Assembly: GCA_039045975.1 (NCBI GenBank)
Contig: JBCCJA010000005.1
Coordinates: 15,009-79,008 of the forward strand
Length of the DNA stretch: 64,000 bases
Direction: 5' to 3'
From: Planctomycetota bacterium
Lineage (GTDB): Bacteria; Planctomycetota; Planctomycetia; Planctomycetales; Planctomycetaceae
The position numbers were made by a program, and so were the translations under genes. Below are positions 1 through 10,323 of this stretch, one piece after another. Each line of letters starts with the position of its first letter. The first letter of the stretch is position 1. The notes beneath the pieces were generated by a model. It had not been told where the DNA came from. It saw only the letters and a list, made by a program, of their open reading frames with translations, and did not search any database.

Positions 1-2766
1 GAACGGCGGCACGATCTCGCCCGACACGCCCTGTTCCGCCAACGACACGCCCGCCATCACTTTCGCAGCGATCCGCGCCAACGGCCGGGCGGTCGCCTTA
101 CTCACGAACGGCACCGTCCGCGACGCCCGCGGATTCACCTCGAGCACATAGACGTCCCCCGACCCGCCGCCGTCCTGCACCGCGAACTGAATATTCATCA
201 GTCCGCGTACATTTAACTCCGCCGCCAGCTTCCGGGCCGCCGCACGGATTTCGTCGAGCACCGCGTCCGACAGCGAGTGTGCCGGCAGCGAACACGCCGA
301 ATCGCCCGAGTGCACGCCGGCCTCTTCGATGTGCTCCATCACCCCACCGACGATCGTCGTCTCGCCGTCCGAGATCGCATCGACGTCGACCTCGATCGCG
401 TCCCGCAAAAACTTGTCGATCAGCACCGGCCTGTCGGGCGAGGCCCGCACCGCGTCCGACATATAACGAACGACCTCGTCCTCGGCGTAGCAGATCTCCA
501 TCGCCCGCCCGCCCAACACATAGCTCGGCCGCACGAGCACCGGATAACCGATCCGCTCGGCCGCCGCCCGGGCCCCCTCCGTGTCGACCGCGATCGCGTT
601 CGGCGGCTGACGCAGGCCCAGCTTCGCCAGCATCGCCTGGAACCGCTCGCGGTCTTCGGCCGCGTCGATCATGTCCGGCGACGTGCCGATAATGTTAATC
701 CCGGCCTGTTCCAGGCCGCGGGCCAAATTAAGAGGCGTCTGCCCGCCGAACTGCACGATCACGCCGTCCGGCTCGACGCGGTCGCAGATATCGAGCACGT
801 CTTCGAGCGTCAACGGCTCGAAAAACAACATGTCGGACGTGTCGTAGTCGGTCGAGACCGTCTCCGGGTTCGAGTTGACCATGATCGACTCGACGCCCAG
901 CTCCTTCAGCGCGAAGCTCGCCTGACAGCAGCAATAATCGAACTCGATCCCCTGACCGATCCGGTTCGGACCGCCCCCCAAGATCATCACACGCGACCGC
1001 GCGTCCGCGGCCAATTTCGCGTAGTGCGCCGTCTCGGTCGCGCCCGGAATCTTCTCGACCGCGATCGACCCCGCGCCCCGCGCCACGCGGGCCCGCGTCT
1101 CGTCTTCGTCTTCGTACGTTGAATAGAAGTAAGGCGTATACGCCTCGAACTCCGCCGCGCACGTGTCGACCGACTTAAACGTCGGTGCGACGCCGAGCGA
1201 CAACCGGGCCCGCCGTACCGCCAGTTCCGACTCGTCCCACCACGCCGCCATCTGGGCGTCCGAGAAGCCCGCCCGTTTCGCCCGACGCATCAGCCGCTCG
1301 TCGGCGTCCCCAAGACGGCCGCACGCACGCAACTCCTCTTCCAAATCGACGATCGACACCATGTGCCGCAGGAACCACGGATCGATCTGTGTCAGCTCCC
1401 ACACCTCGTCGACCGACATCCCGTCCTTGAACGCATACCGGATGTAAGACATCCGCTCCGCGTTCGGCGTCGACAGCTTCCGACGGATTTCGGGACGGTC
1501 CGGCCGCTCCGGCGTGTCCCACAGGTCGGCCTTGCCCCCGCCGAAACCGCACAGCCCCGTCTCCAGCCCGCGGAGTGCCTTCTGCAGCGACTCCTGAAAC
1601 GTCCGCCCGATCGCCATCGTCTCACCGACCGACTTCATCTGAACGGTCAGCGTCTCGTCCGCGTCCGGGAACTTCTCGAAAGTCCACCGCGGCACCTTCG
1701 TCACGACGTAATCGATCGACGGCTCGAAACACGCCAGCGTCTCCCGCGTGATGTCGTTCGGGATCTCGTCGAGCGTGTAGCCGACCGCCAACTTCGCCGC
1801 GATCTTCGCGATCGGGAACCCGGTCGCCTTCGACGCCAACGCGCTCGACCGCGATACTCGCGGGTTCATCTCGATCACGACCATCCGCCCGCTCTTCGGG
1901 TCGACCGCGAACTGCACGTTCGAGCCGCCCGTCTCGACGCCGATCTCACGCATCACCGCGAACGTCGCGTCCCGCATCCGCTGATACTCTTTGTCGCTCA
2001 GCGTCTGGGCCGGCGCGACCGTGATCGAGTCGCCCGTGTGCACCCCCATCGGATCGATGTTCTCGATCGCACAGATAATCACACAGTTGTCGGCCCGGTC
2101 CCGCATCACCTCCATCTCGTACTCTTTCCACCCGAGAATCGACTCCTCGAGCAGCACCTCCGACACCGGCGAGAGCTTCAGCCCCCGCCGCACCATGTCA
2201 TCGAACTCCTCCTTGTTGTACGCGATCCCGCCGCCCGCCCCGCCCAGCGTGTAACTCGCCCGACAAATCAACGGCAGGCCCAACTCCTTGAGCGCCTCCC
2301 GCCCCTCTTCCAACGAACGGATCGTCCGAGACCGCGGCACGTCCAGTCCGATGCCGACCATCGCCTTCTTGAAGTCTTCCCGGCTCTCGGCCTTGTTGAT
2401 GACCTCCTCTTTCGCCCCCAGCAGCTCGACCCCGAGCTGATCGAGGATCCCCCGCCGCGCCAGATCCATCGACGTGTTCAGCCCCGTCTGCCCGCCCAGC
2501 GTCGACAGCACCGCGCACGGCCGCTCGACCTCCAGAATCTTCTGCACGTACCGCCAAGTGATCGGCTCGACGTACGTCCGGTCGGCCGTCGCCGGGTCGG
2601 TCATGATCGTCGCCGGGTTCGAGTTCACGAGGACGACCTCGTAACCCTCCTCCTTCAGCGACTTGCACGCCTGCACGCCCGAGTAGTCGAACTCACAGGC
2701 CTGCCCGATCACGATCGGGCCCGAGCCGATAATCAGAATCTTCTTCAGGTCGTCGCGGCGGGGCAT
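1..2766 (-). CDS. carB: Carbamoyl-phosphate synthase large subunit (partial; C-terminus lies left of the window)
   Basis: Absent from the supplied track because it runs off the edge. Manual minus-strand translation from ATG 2766..2764 reads [58 protein letters not shown] ... [34 protein letters not shown], the canonical CarB N-terminal ATP-grasp. It stays open for 922 codons to position 1. Track ORF 1363..2889(+) is its antisense shadow. Confidence 0.93.
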   Translation of the reverse strand, partial: MPRRDDLKKILIIGSGPIVIGQACEFDYSGVQACKSLKEEGYEVVLVNSNPATIMTDPATADRTYVEPITWRYVQKILEVERPCAVLSTLGGQTGLNTSMDLARRGILDQLGVELLGAKEEVINKAESREDFKKAMVGIGLDVPRSRTIRSLEEGREALKELGLPLICRASYTLGGAGGGIAYNKEEFDDMVRRGLKLSPVSEVLLEESILGWKEYEMEVMRDRADNCVIICAIENIDPMGVHTGDSITVAPAQTLSDKEYQRMRDATFAVMREIGVETGGSNVQFAVDPKSGRMVVIEMNPRVSRSSALASKATGFPIAKIAAKLAVGYTLDEIPNDITRETLACFEPSIDYVVTKVPRWTFEKFPDADETLTVQMKSVGETMAIGRTFQESLQKALRGLETGLCGFGGGKADLWDTPERPDRPEIRRKLSTPNAERMSYIRYAFKDGMSVDEVWELTQIDPWFLRHMVSIVDLEEELRACGRLGDADERLMRRAKRAGFSDAQMAAWWDESELAVRRARLSLGVAPTFKSVDTCAAEFEAYTPYFYSTYEDEDETRARVARGAGSIAVEKIPGATETAHYAKLAADARSRVMILGGGPNRIGQGIEFDYCCCQASFALKELGVESIMVNSNPETVSTDYDTSDMLFFEPLTLEDVLDICDRVEPDGVIVQFGGQTPLNLARGLEQAGINIIGTSPDMIDAAEDRERFQAMLAKLGLRQPPNAIAVDTEGARAAAERIGYPVLVRPSYVLGGRAMEICYAEDEVVRYMSDAVRASPDRPVLIDKFLRDAIEVDVDAISDGETTIVGGVMEHIEEAGVHSGDSACSLPAHSLSDAVLDEIRAAARKLAAELNVRGLMNIQFAVQDGGGSGDVYVLEVNPRASRTVPFVSKATARPLARIAAKVMAGVSLAEQGVSGEIVPPF

Positions 2767-2895
2767 CGGCGGGGCAGGGCGGCTGGCGTACGGCTACAAA
2801 AACACCCCGCATCCCGGCCGACTGGCGGAGATCGGGGCAAACGATCGCAGCCTACGATGGACACGACTGTTTGCAACCGACGCGCCTGAAAGACG

Positions 2896-3267
2896 CTAGG
2901 CCTCGACCGGACGGATCGATTCACTAAGGCGTTTTCGCCAATGATCCGGAGATAGTCGAATCTCATCCAATAGTCGAACAGCCATCTTCGACGGCTTATT
3001 TATACCTTGCTCCCACGCCTGCACAGTTTTTACGTCCACGCCCAAGAACTCGGCAAAAACAGCCTGGCTGACATCTAGAACCGCACGAACGTCACGCACA
3101 TCGTCCGGTGTCTGGACCGTCGGTTGAAGGTCGAGAATGATCTTCCGGCAAGTGTATTTTGCAGAAACATTCCCACCGTTAGATCGCAAATCATCTCGAA
3201 ACTCTCGGAGAGCTTCGACGATTTCGTTTCCGAGATCACTTTCCCTAGGAATTCTATTTTTACTCAT
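2896..3267 (-). CDS. HTH (XRE-type) antitoxin, HigA-like
   Basis: Internal ATG at 3267 (MSKNRIPRESDL...) is preceded by GGAGA. The C-terminal part, VSQAVFAEFLGVDVKTVQAWEQGINKPSKMAVRLL, is a typical XRE helix-turn-helix. It lies 28 nt downstream of a RelE/HigB-like ORF. GC content is visibly lower than in the flanks. Confidence 0.7.
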   Translation of the reverse strand: MSKNRIPRESDLGNEIVEALREFRDDLRSNGGNVSAKYTCRKIILDLQPTVQTPDDVRDVRAVLDVSQAVFAEFLGVDVKTVQAWEQGINKPSKMAVRLLDEIRLSPDHWRKRLSESIRPVEA

Positions 3268-3295
3268 TTCTATCTCCGGCTGCAGGTAGTGCTCG

Positions 3296-3709
3296 CTAAG
3301 ACCAAGTCCGAGACGAAAGGTCGCTCTCGACCTCCTCAAGATACTTGGCAATATCGCGACGCTGAGCGGCTGTCAGATCACTTTTCTGACTCTTGCCGTA
3401 AGCTGTCACCAACAGCACAGCCCCCCATTTCGAGTAGTACACATAGCAAGCCCGGACACCACCCGACTTACCCGCATCACTCGCCTCCGATCGAAACCGA
3501 ACTTTCCGCAGTCCTCCGGTGCCGCGGATTACTTTCCCGCCTTCCGGCGATGACATGATCGCGACTTGCAACGCGAACAGGTCGTCATCAGTCATGCCCA
3601 AACGATTCCACGCCCTTTCGAAGGCGGGAAGCTCGATAAATGTCAGTGTGTCACTCAGATCCACCTTATCGGCAGGGTAAACGAACGTGGCAACAGACTT
3701 GAGTAGCAT
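3296..3709 (-). CDS. RelE/HigB-superfamily toxin (toxin-upstream arrangement)
   Basis: The motif block GGLRKVRFRSEASDAGKSGGVRACYVYYSKWGAVLLVTAYGKSQKSDLTAAQ matches the HigB-2/RelE-like pattern (GG.RK.R...GKSGG.R.iY......i.LL..Y.K....dL). The true start may be internal. Low-GC islet. Confidence 0.7.
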   Translation of the reverse strand: MLLKSVATFVYPADKVDLSDTLTFIELPAFERAWNRLGMTDDDLFALQVAIMSSPEGGKVIRGTGGLRKVRFRSEASDAGKSGGVRACYVYYSKWGAVLLVTAYGKSQKSDLTAAQRRDIAKYLEEVESDLSSRTWS

Positions 3710-3793
3710 CGTGCATCTCGCTTCACGAGCATGAGCAAACGCGCTCCCTCGCGTTACATCCTGCCGAAAAATGTATCCGATTGAATCGGATAG

Positions 3794-5221
3794 TCAAGCC
3801 GGGTTGTTACGCAACTCCTTCACCCGCCCCGCTTCCTCACGCCCTTTGTAAAACGGGTCGAGCGGGAAACAGCCCGAGACCATCCCGTTCCGCGGGGCCG
3901 ACGTGCAATCGCTGAACGTCCGGCACACCTTCTTCCGCTTCGGGAACGTCCCGGCAAACACGTCGGCCGGCAGCTCCGGGTACGACAGCACCATTCGCCC
4001 CAACCCGACGCTGTCGACCATGCCGGACCCGACCGCCGCGTCCGCCACGTTTGGCAGCCACTCCTGAAGATAGGAGTAGCCCGACCCGACGAGAGTCAGC
4101 TCCGGGAAATCACGCTTCAGTTCCGCCGTCACCGACACCTGCCGTGCGACCCCGACAAGCGGGTCTTCCGGCGGCAGATAGCCGTCCGACGGCGGAAAGA
4201 GCGCCGGCCGCGTCACGTGAGGCACGTAATACGGGCTCCCGGCCGTAGCGCAAATGAGCCGCACGCCGAGTGATTCGCACTGCCGCAAAAACTCCCGCGG
4301 CTCGGCCAGATCGATCCCGGTCCCCGAACCGTCGCCGCCGAACGCATAGCGGTAAGGCTCATCGACTCCCATCGGCCCACCGACATCGCCCTCACCCTTC
4401 GCGAACGGCACGAAGTCGAACACGCTGACCCTCACCCCGATCTCCAGGCCCGGCGCCTCGGCGCGGATCCCGTCGACGACTTCCCTGAGGAAGCGGGTGC
4501 GATTCTCGATCGTCCCGCCATATCGGCCCGGCCTGTCGTAGCCCGACAACAACTCGTGGCCCAGGTAACCGTGGCAGTGTTTTACGTCGACGAAGTCGAA
4601 CCCGGCCGACGCCGCCCGCCCCGCCGCGACGACGAAATCATCCCGCAGGGCTTGAAGCTCGTCGTCACTTAAAACCGCCTCGTCGCCACGGACGTCGAAC
4701 TTCGGATCGAGCAGAGGATGCCGATACGCCACGCGTGGCCGCGGGCCGTCGTCCGGCCGTGCGAACCGCCCCGAATGAGTCAGCTGCAGGCCGACGACCA
4801 AGTCGTCCTCGGCGCCGATCCCGAAAGCATCACGGTGTGCCGCAACCAGCGACTCGCGGAGTCCCGCGATATCGGCAGCATTCGCGTCCGTCATCACCAG
4901 TTGGTTGGGGTTGGCCCGACCGTCCTGACGGACCGCGACGGCCTCGCCCCCCCAAATCAATTTCGCCCCGCTCCGACCGAAGTTCCGCCAACGTCTTTCG
5001 GTCAACTCCGACGGCCGGCCGTCGGCCGTGCCGTCCCAGCCCTCCATAGGCAATACGCAGAATCGATTCCCGACCCGGCCGGCCGACGTCTCGAGCGATT
5101 CCGCCAACGGCCCGTTCGCGGCGACCGATTCGGAGAACGGCAGCGAAACACCGACCTCATCGAGCCGTACCGCAAACGCCTCGGCGGTCTTTAGGGACGC
5201 GACACGTGGATACGCCATCAC
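3794..5221 (-). CDS. NADH:flavin oxidoreductase (Old Yellow Enzyme family)
   Basis: [16 protein letters not shown] and [20 protein letters not shown] are OYE/TIM-barrel flavoprotein signatures. A Cys-rich C-terminal extension is present. Confidence 0.8.
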   Translation of the reverse strand: MMAYPRVASLKTAEAFAVRLDEVGVSLPFSESVAANGPLAESLETSAGRVGNRFCVLPMEGWDGTADGRPSELTERRWRNFGRSGAKLIWGGEAVAVRQDGRANPNQLVMTDANAADIAGLRESLVAAHRDAFGIGAEDDLVVGLQLTHSGRFARPDDGPRPRVAYRHPLLDPKFDVRGDEAVLSDDELQALRDDFVVAAGRAASAGFDFVDVKHCHGYLGHELLSGYDRPGRYGGTIENRTRFLREVVDGIRAEAPGLEIGVRVSVFDFVPFAKGEGDVGGPMGVDEPYRYAFGGDGSGTGIDLAEPREFLRQCESLGVRLICATAGSPYYVPHVTRPALFPPSDGYLPPEDPLVGVARQVSVTAELKRDFPELTLVGSGYSYLQEWLPNVADAAVGSGMVDSVGLGRMVLSYPELPADVFAGTFPKRKKVCRTFSDCTSAPRNGMVSGCFPLDPFYKGREEAGRVKELRNNPA

Positions 5222-5269
5222 ACCGGCCTCTTATTAAGTTCGCAACGAGACTTCGGACACGGATCGAGG

Positions 5270-6250
5270 TCAAAGCCATCTCTTCAGCCGCTCATAAATT
5301 TCCGCCAGCACCTCTCGGTCGTAAGCGGGACGCGGCGGCGACGACGCGTGCGTGCGGTCATCACCGATCCATCCCCGCAATTTCAGAAACATGGCGGCGT
5401 CATGCTTATAAGCCGGCACCGGATCGCGGAACGCGAAACAGCCCAAGTACTGCAACAGATCATTCAGTTCATAAAAGCCTGCATCGCCCGCCGCCCACAT
5501 CGCGTCCCGCTTCGCGAAAGACTCCGGGGCGAACGTGCTCAACCCCAGCAAGTAATCACTGCCCCATCGCACCATGTCGATCGCCAGGTCATTACCCGTC
5601 AACACCATGAAGTCGGGCCGCACACGGTCCCGCAACGCCAGTCGCTCCCACTCCGGATCACGCCGTAAAGACGAGTGCTTCGCCCCGACACAACTCTCGA
5701 TTTTTAATATCTCCTCAAAAGTCGGCAGGTCATAAATCGCCCCGAACGGCACAAAAGCCTGCCCCAGTTCGAACGCCAAGAACCGTCCGCAGCGACCGCC
5801 GACCGCCCGGTAGCGATCGACCACATCCGCCCCTTCCCCGGCAGTCAGGCCGTACGACTGAAATAAGATCGGCAAGCCCCCGCGCGAAACGACCGCATCC
5901 GCGGCGGCCACGTAACCGTCGAGATCGAACGCCGCCCCCGGCGTGTCGCGGACGAACACCCCTCCGACGAACTCGCCGCCGACGATCGCCCGCGTGCGAT
6001 CGAGCACCTCGATTCCCGTCGCGTCGTCCAACGACGGTCCGAAACCCGTGTCCATATTCACGGCGGGAGTCAGGCCCGCCGCCGCGGTCCGGTCGACATG
6101 CGCCTCGAACCCCCGCCAATCGACACCCCCGCCCGCATCGAACGGCAGCAACACCGCCGACATGCCACGGATCGTGCGACGCGGCCGCTCGCACGGAATT
6201 TCTGCGACCTCGACGTCGCCCGACATCGCCTCACCCGAAAAGCGTTTCAT
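5270..6250 (-). CDS. DapA-like (dihydrodipicolinate synthase family) aldolase-fold protein
   Basis: VGAKHSS resembles the Schiff-base lysine block (G.K.sS), and TGNDLAIDMV resembles the sG.D block of the DHDPS/NAL family. Coding-like GC3. The family call is tentative. Confidence 0.5.
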   Translation of the reverse strand: MKRFSGEAMSGDVEVAEIPCERPRRTIRGMSAVLLPFDAGGGVDWRGFEAHVDRTAAAGLTPAVNMDTGFGPSLDDATGIEVLDRTRAIVGGEFVGGVFVRDTPGAAFDLDGYVAAADAVVSRGGLPILFQSYGLTAGEGADVVDRYRAVGGRCGRFLAFELGQAFVPFGAIYDLPTFEEILKIESCVGAKHSSLRRDPEWERLALRDRVRPDFMVLTGNDLAIDMVRWGSDYLLGLSTFAPESFAKRDAMWAAGDAGFYELNDLLQYLGCFAFRDPVPAYKHDAAMFLKLRGWIGDDRTHASSPPRPAYDREVLAEIYERLKRWL

Positions 6251-6357
6251 TCACGACGAACGCTAGACGCGGCATACCCAGAAGACCTCGCAGTTTGCGT
6301 GCAAAAAACTCGCAGATCGGGCAATACTACCTAATACGGCTCTTCAGCCTGCGATGA

Positions 6358-7221
6358 ATGCGGCCTCGAATGTCCGAGACTTCGATTCCCCCGCCGAGAA
6401 TCGGGCCCGTCCCGTCTCAGATCGGACCTTCGGGGATTCAAGTCTTTGAAAGCCGACATGCCGACTCTTTCCGGATGCCGGTCGAGTCGCACCGTTACCC
6501 GGAGTTACTCTATGTCCGGTCCGGGGCGGGAACGGCGACCATCGAACCGGCCGACGGGGCCACCATGACCGAGCGTTGCGAATCGGGCGACGGCCTCCTA
6601 TTCCCGACCCGCTCCCGACACGTCGTCACCGACGTCCCCGGACAACCGCTCTGGGTCTACGGGCTCGCCGTCGACCCGAGATCGATGGCCCCGTTCGCCG
6701 ACCTCGAGCCCTTCCTCCCGAACGGCCGCCTCCCGCGGATACGGGCCGTACTCCCCGACATCGAAGCCCGCTTCAGAAGACTCCTCTTCCTCGACGCCTC
6801 CGGCGATATCCCCGACCGTCTCGCCGCGACCGCCGCCGCCCTCGACATCTTCGTGACGCTCGCGCGGACCGTCCCGACAACCGCACGGCCCGCAGGCGGG
6901 ACCGACCCGCTCGACGAATACCTGCGGTGGCTGTCACGAAACTTTTACGAACGGCTCACGGTCGCCGACGGGGCCGACCGCTGCGGGCTCTCCCGCCGCA
7001 CATTCACCGCAAAAATGAAGGAGCGGACCGGTCAGACGTGGCTCGCCCACGTCCACGGACGAAGGATCGACTACGCCGTCCGACTCCTACGATCGACCGA
7101 CGAACCCGTCACGTCCATCGCCTTCCGCGCCGGCTTCGAAGAACTCTCGACGTTTTACCGGGCGTTCAAGCGACACACCGGCCGCAAACCGCTCGACTAC
7201 CGCGGGCCCGAATCTTCATAA
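6358..7221 (+). CDS. AraC-family transcriptional regulator (cupin sensor domain plus AraC HTH)
   Basis: The C-terminus, CGLSRRTFTAKMKERTGQTWLAHVHGRRIDYAVRLLRSTDEPVTSIAFRAGFEELSTFYRAFKRHTGRKPLDYR, is a canonical double AraC HTH. Confidence 0.85.
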   Translation: MRPRMSETSIPPPRIGPVPSQIGPSGIQVFESRHADSFRMPVESHRYPELLYVRSGAGTATIEPADGATMTERCESGDGLLFPTRSRHVVTDVPGQPLWVYGLAVDPRSMAPFADLEPFLPNGRLPRIRAVLPDIEARFRRLLFLDASGDIPDRLAATAAALDIFVTLARTVPTTARPAGGTDPLDEYLRWLSRNFYERLTVADGADRCGLSRRTFTAKMKERTGQTWLAHVHGRRIDYAVRLLRSTDEPVTSIAFRAGFEELSTFYRAFKRHTGRKPLDYRGPESS

Positions 7222-7339
7222 CGCCGCAGCCGAAGGCACGGCCCAAGGGTACGGCCTACAAAAACCTGACCGACACTAAGCCCATTCAGATCGCCGGCGA
7301 CCGGCGGTGTCACGCGGTTCGGTACCGATCGCGTCCGGT

Positions 7340-7381
7340 AAAAATAAAAACCGCGGACAGGGACCCAACCCCTGCCCGCGG
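7340..7381 (-). terminator. Intrinsic terminator downstream of the MarR gene
   Basis: CCGCGGACAGGG (7351-7362) pairs with CCCTGCCCGCGG (7370-7381) with one mismatch and a 7-nt loop. On the minus strand it is followed by TTTTTATTTTT (7340-7350). It lies 31 nt after the MarR stop. Confidence 0.55.
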
Positions 7382-7411
7382 CAACCCCGCGATCACGTAT
7401 TGAGGTTCCGC

Positions 7412-8158
7412 TCAGGCGGCCCGACGCACCGTATCGACCCCGTCGTCCGCCCGGTCCAACCCGGTCGAGAGGGCTTCGAGCAGCTCCGCGAACGTCATCC
7501 TGCGGTCGACCTCGATGTGGCCCAGCACCCGCTCGGCTTCCTGGTCGTACACAACCGTCGCCTCCTCGAGCAGCCGACGGCCTTCCTCGGTGAGCATCAA
7601 CACCCGCTTCCGACGGTCCGACTTCGACCGTAGGCGATACAGCAACTGCGACGCCCGCATCCGCTCGACGAGCGTGCTGATCGACGATTCGCACTGCCCG
7701 AGCTTGTTCGCCAGATGGGCCTGCGTGCAGCCGTGCGGGGCCGAGTCGCGGATCACCTTGAGCGCCACGAACCGGGCGTCCGATAACTTCAGGCCGGCAA
7801 ACTTCGAATCCAACGCCCCACGCAGGCGATGACCGGCGTGCAGCAGGGCCTCGACGAGAGCGCCCGGCGACGCCGGCGACTGCTCGTCGGCGTCGGCGGG
7901 AACTTCGGGCTCGATACGGCCCGCGATCGAAGGACCGGCCTGATGGGCCGCTGGAGAAGGCACCGGCTCCGGCCGGACCTCTTCGAATGTGTGTTGCGAA
8001 ACGACAGGCGACGGCGTCGGCAAGACCGGGCCGAAGGCCGAGGACAAGCCCAGCCCGCCGATAGTCCCGGCCGACAGCGGATAAGACTCGACCCCCTTCG
8101 GATCGGTCTCGGGTGACGACACCTGACGGTTCAGATCGGGTCGATTCGGCTCGGTCAT
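7412..8158 (-). CDS. MarR-family transcriptional regulator with a ~100-aa low-complexity N-terminal extension
   Basis: The winged-helix block LSDARFVALKVIRDSAPHGCTQAHLANKLGQCESSISTLVERMRASQLLYRLRSKSDRRKRVLMLTEEGRRLL is present. The N-terminal P/S-rich third has weaker GC3, so the real start could be internal. Confidence 0.8.
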   Translation of the reverse strand: MTEPNRPDLNRQVSSPETDPKGVESYPLSAGTIGGLGLSSAFGPVLPTPSPVVSQHTFEEVRPEPVPSPAAHQAGPSIAGRIEPEVPADADEQSPASPGALVEALLHAGHRLRGALDSKFAGLKLSDARFVALKVIRDSAPHGCTQAHLANKLGQCESSISTLVERMRASQLLYRLRSKSDRRKRVLMLTEEGRRLLEEATVVYDQEAERVLGHIEVDRRMTFAELLEALSTGLDRADDGVDTVRRAA

Positions 8159-8305
8159 CTGGAGAATCCCATCCAGCGGCGGAAGCGCTGGCCCGGCTCA
8201 CGGGCCTGTCGTTACCCCCTACTTCGTCCGCGAACCGCGTCAAGCTGTAACGATTCTCCTGTTTTTTCCGCGAAACGACCGGCACGACCGTAATCACCGT
8301 CACAT

Positions 8306-8339
8306 AAAAAACCGCGAGCGGCTCACAGGCCCCACGCGG
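8306..8339 (-). terminator. Probable intrinsic terminator after the YegP-like gene
   Basis: An imperfect GC stem (CCGCG...CGCGG with internal pairs) is followed on the minus strand by TTTTTT. It lies 29 nt after the stop at 8368. Confidence 0.45.
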
Positions 8340-8367
8340 CGACGACTCTCGACAGTTCCAAGGAAAT

Positions 8368-8634
8368 CTATGCCTTTTTCTTCGCCGCCTTCTTCTTTAC
8401 CGTCTTCTTCACGGCCGCCTTTTTCGCGGCTTTCTTCTTCACGGGGGCGGCCGGCGCTTCTTCGATAATTTTCGCCCCGGGCGCGTTCTTCTGCAGCGAC
8501 GCGATGCCCTTCAGGCAGTCCTTCTTGTCTTTGTACCCCTCGCCCGAACTGGCGATCTGACGCCCGTTCGACGCTTTAAGCCGCCAACGAAACTCGCCCC
8601 GTTTGTCGGAATAGACTTCGAATTTACCCGCCAT
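8368..8634 (-). CDS. YegP/DUF1508-domain protein with a lysine/alanine-rich histone-H1-like tail
   Basis: An internal ATG at 8634 gives the 88-aa protein MAGKFEVYSDKRGEFRWRLKASNGRQIASSGEGYKDKKDCLKGIASLQKN, which matches the DUF1508 pattern. It is followed by PAAPVKKKAAKKAAVKKTVKKKAAKKKA. The upstream part of the 197-aa track ORF is R/G-rich shadow. Confidence 0.75.
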   Translation of the reverse strand: MAGKFEVYSDKRGEFRWRLKASNGRQIASSGEGYKDKKDCLKGIASLQKNAPGAKIIEEAPAAPVKKKAAKKAAVKKTVKKKAAKKKA

Positions 8635-8783
8635 CTTGTACACCCCCTCAGGAACCTTCCTTGGAACGGGCGGCACACCGTCACCGCCCTCTCGGCCACT
8701 TACGCTAACGGACCACGCCGGAACCGCCAACAGTGCTTCGGGTTGGGGCTTCCCCACCGACCGCATCCCTCCGACCCCGGCGC

Positions 8784-9503
8784 TCACACGCCGCGGCGGT
8801 CCCCCCACAACGCCACATGCAGACGCGGCGAAACCCGGACCCCGAGCCCCTCGGCCGCCCGGTCGACCCAGTCTTCGCGTTCCGCCAACGCGTCGAGGTC
8901 CGTCGCCTGCGGCATCAGATAAACCGACTCCCCCGCGACCTCCGGAAACCTGTCGAGCCACTCCCCGACCGCCGCCACGTCCGCCGGGGTGTCGACGACG
9001 AATTTCACCTGATACTCGCGTCCCGCCGAGACCTGACGCCGCAACAGCGACCTCACCACCTCGGGCCGATCACGCCGCCGCTCGTGCCGCTCCGCCCACC
9101 GCGCGTCGGCCCGCGGCCGTCCCTCCCACGGCGTCGAGTTCGCCAGCTTCGGGCTCAGCGACAAGAGGTCGATGTCGAGATCGCGCTCGACCGTCCCGGC
9201 CGTCTCCGCCGTGACGTGCCAACCGGCCTCCCGCCAACGCCGCGTCAGCCCGACCGAGTCCGCTTCCAGATAAGGCTCGCCGCCGGTCAACACGACGTGC
9301 CGACAGCCCCGTCCGATACGGTCCGACTCCGCCACCACGTCATCGACCGACAGCCGACGCCCCGCCTCCGGCTCCCAAGACGCGTAAGGCGTGTCGCAAA
9401 ACCAGCACCGCAGATTGCAGCCGACCGTCCGCACGAAGACCGACTCGACCCCCGCCAACGAACCCTCGCCCTGCAGCGAGTGAAAGATCTCCGAGACCCT
9501 CAC
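8784..9503 (-). CDS. queE: 7-carboxy-7-deazaguanine synthase (radical SAM)
   Basis: GTG at 9503 gives [40 protein letters not shown], the QueE radical-SAM cluster motif. The start overlaps the queC stop by 4 nt (GTGA). Confidence 0.85.
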   Translation of the reverse strand: MRVSEIFHSLQGEGSLAGVESVFVRTVGCNLRCWFCDTPYASWEPEAGRRLSVDDVVAESDRIGRGCRHVVLTGGEPYLEADSVGLTRRWREAGWHVTAETAGTVERDLDIDLLSLSPKLANSTPWEGRPRADARWAERHERRRDRPEVVRSLLRRQVSAGREYQVKFVVDTPADVAAVGEWLDRFPEVAGESVYLMPQATDLDALAEREDWVDRAAEGLGVRVSPRLHVALWGDRRGV

Positions 9504-10192
9504 GACGCATCGGCCTCCGCGAACCCCCGCGCCCGCAACACACAACTGTCGCACCGCCCACACGGCTCGCCCGTGGGCGTCGGATCGTAACACGACCACG
9601 TCAGGTCGTAATCGACCCCCAACCGACGCCCTTCGCGGATGATCTCCGCCTTCGACATCTCGACGAGCGGCGCGTGAATCCGCCACGGCCCGTCGTCGCC
9701 GACCGACCCCTCGACGCCCGCCTTCGTCGCCAGGTTCGCGGTCCGCCGGAACGCTTCCAGAAACTCAGGCCGACAGTCGGGGTAGCCGCTGTAGTCGACC
9801 GCGTTTACGCCCACGAACAGATCACTCGCACCGATCGCCTCGGCCCACGCCATCGCGACCGACAGGAACACCGTGTTCCGCGCCGGCACGTAGGTCACCG
9901 GGATCTCGGCCGACATCGCCGACTCGTCGCGGTCCTTCGGCACCTCGATCGCCCCGTCCGTCAACGCCGAGCCCCCGAACCGCGACAACGCCAACGGAAA
10001 AACCACGTGTTCCGCCGCCCCGAGCGACGCCGCGACCCGCCCCGCCGCCTGCAACTCCAACCGATGCCGCTGCCCGTAGTCGAACGAAAGCGCGTGACAG
10101 ACGAAGCCCCGCGCCCGCGCGATCGCCAACACCGTGGCCGAGTCCAACCCGCCACTCAGCAACACGACGGCCTTCCGCGAATCATCCGCCAA
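9500..10192 (-). CDS. queC: 7-cyano-7-deazaguanine synthase
   Basis: [16 protein letters not shown] (PP-loop) and the C-terminal zinc cysteines CGRCDSC are present. TTG start, verified codon by codon against the sequence. Confidence 0.92.
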   Translation of the reverse strand: MADDSRKAVVLLSGGLDSATVLAIARARGFVCHALSFDYGQRHRLELQAAGRVAASLGAAEHVVFPLALSRFGGSALTDGAIEVPKDRDESAMSAEIPVTYVPARNTVFLSVAMAWAEAIGASDLFVGVNAVDYSGYPDCRPEFLEAFRRTANLATKAGVEGSVGDDGPWRIHAPLVEMSKAEIIREGRRLGVDYDLTWSCYDPTPTGEPCGRCDSCVLRARGFAEADAS

Positions 10193-10323
10193 GTCCCACC
10201 TCCGCCGAAATGTTGTACCCGTTTAGCCGGTCCCGGTAGGGAGCGCGTCGACAAACGGCCCACATCCCCGTTCCGTCGGACCGGCCCGCGCGACTATCAA
10301 CCGGCCCCGCGACCCGCCGAACA

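Noticed and set aside
1363-2889. A 508-aa plus-strand ORF, and similar long R/P/G/D-rich ORFs elsewhere: 7197..8303(-), 20268..21833(+), 22079..23332(-), 29247..30392(+), 40312..41607(-), 51401..53326(-), 57281..58465(+).
   Set aside because: Each lies antisense to, or out of frame with, a gene that has clear family motifs (carB, MarR, FG-GAP, permease, TerL, exosortase, lipase, DUF1598-like). Their composition is the typical shadow-frame signature of very GC-rich DNA, and they contain no recognisable motifs.
7856-8158. The N-terminal ~100-aa P/S-rich extension of the MarR regulator, considered as a novel domain.
   Set aside because: It is low-complexity, has weaker third-position bias than the HTH part, and may not be translated. 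There is insufficient evidence either way.
8784-10192. queC-queE, considered as part of a 7-deazaguanine DNA-modification (Dpd-like) defence island.
   Set aside because: I recognised no dpdA/tgt-like, helicase or other Dpd-type genes nearby. The pair looks like the ordinary queuosine precursor pathway, with queD and queF simply outside the window.
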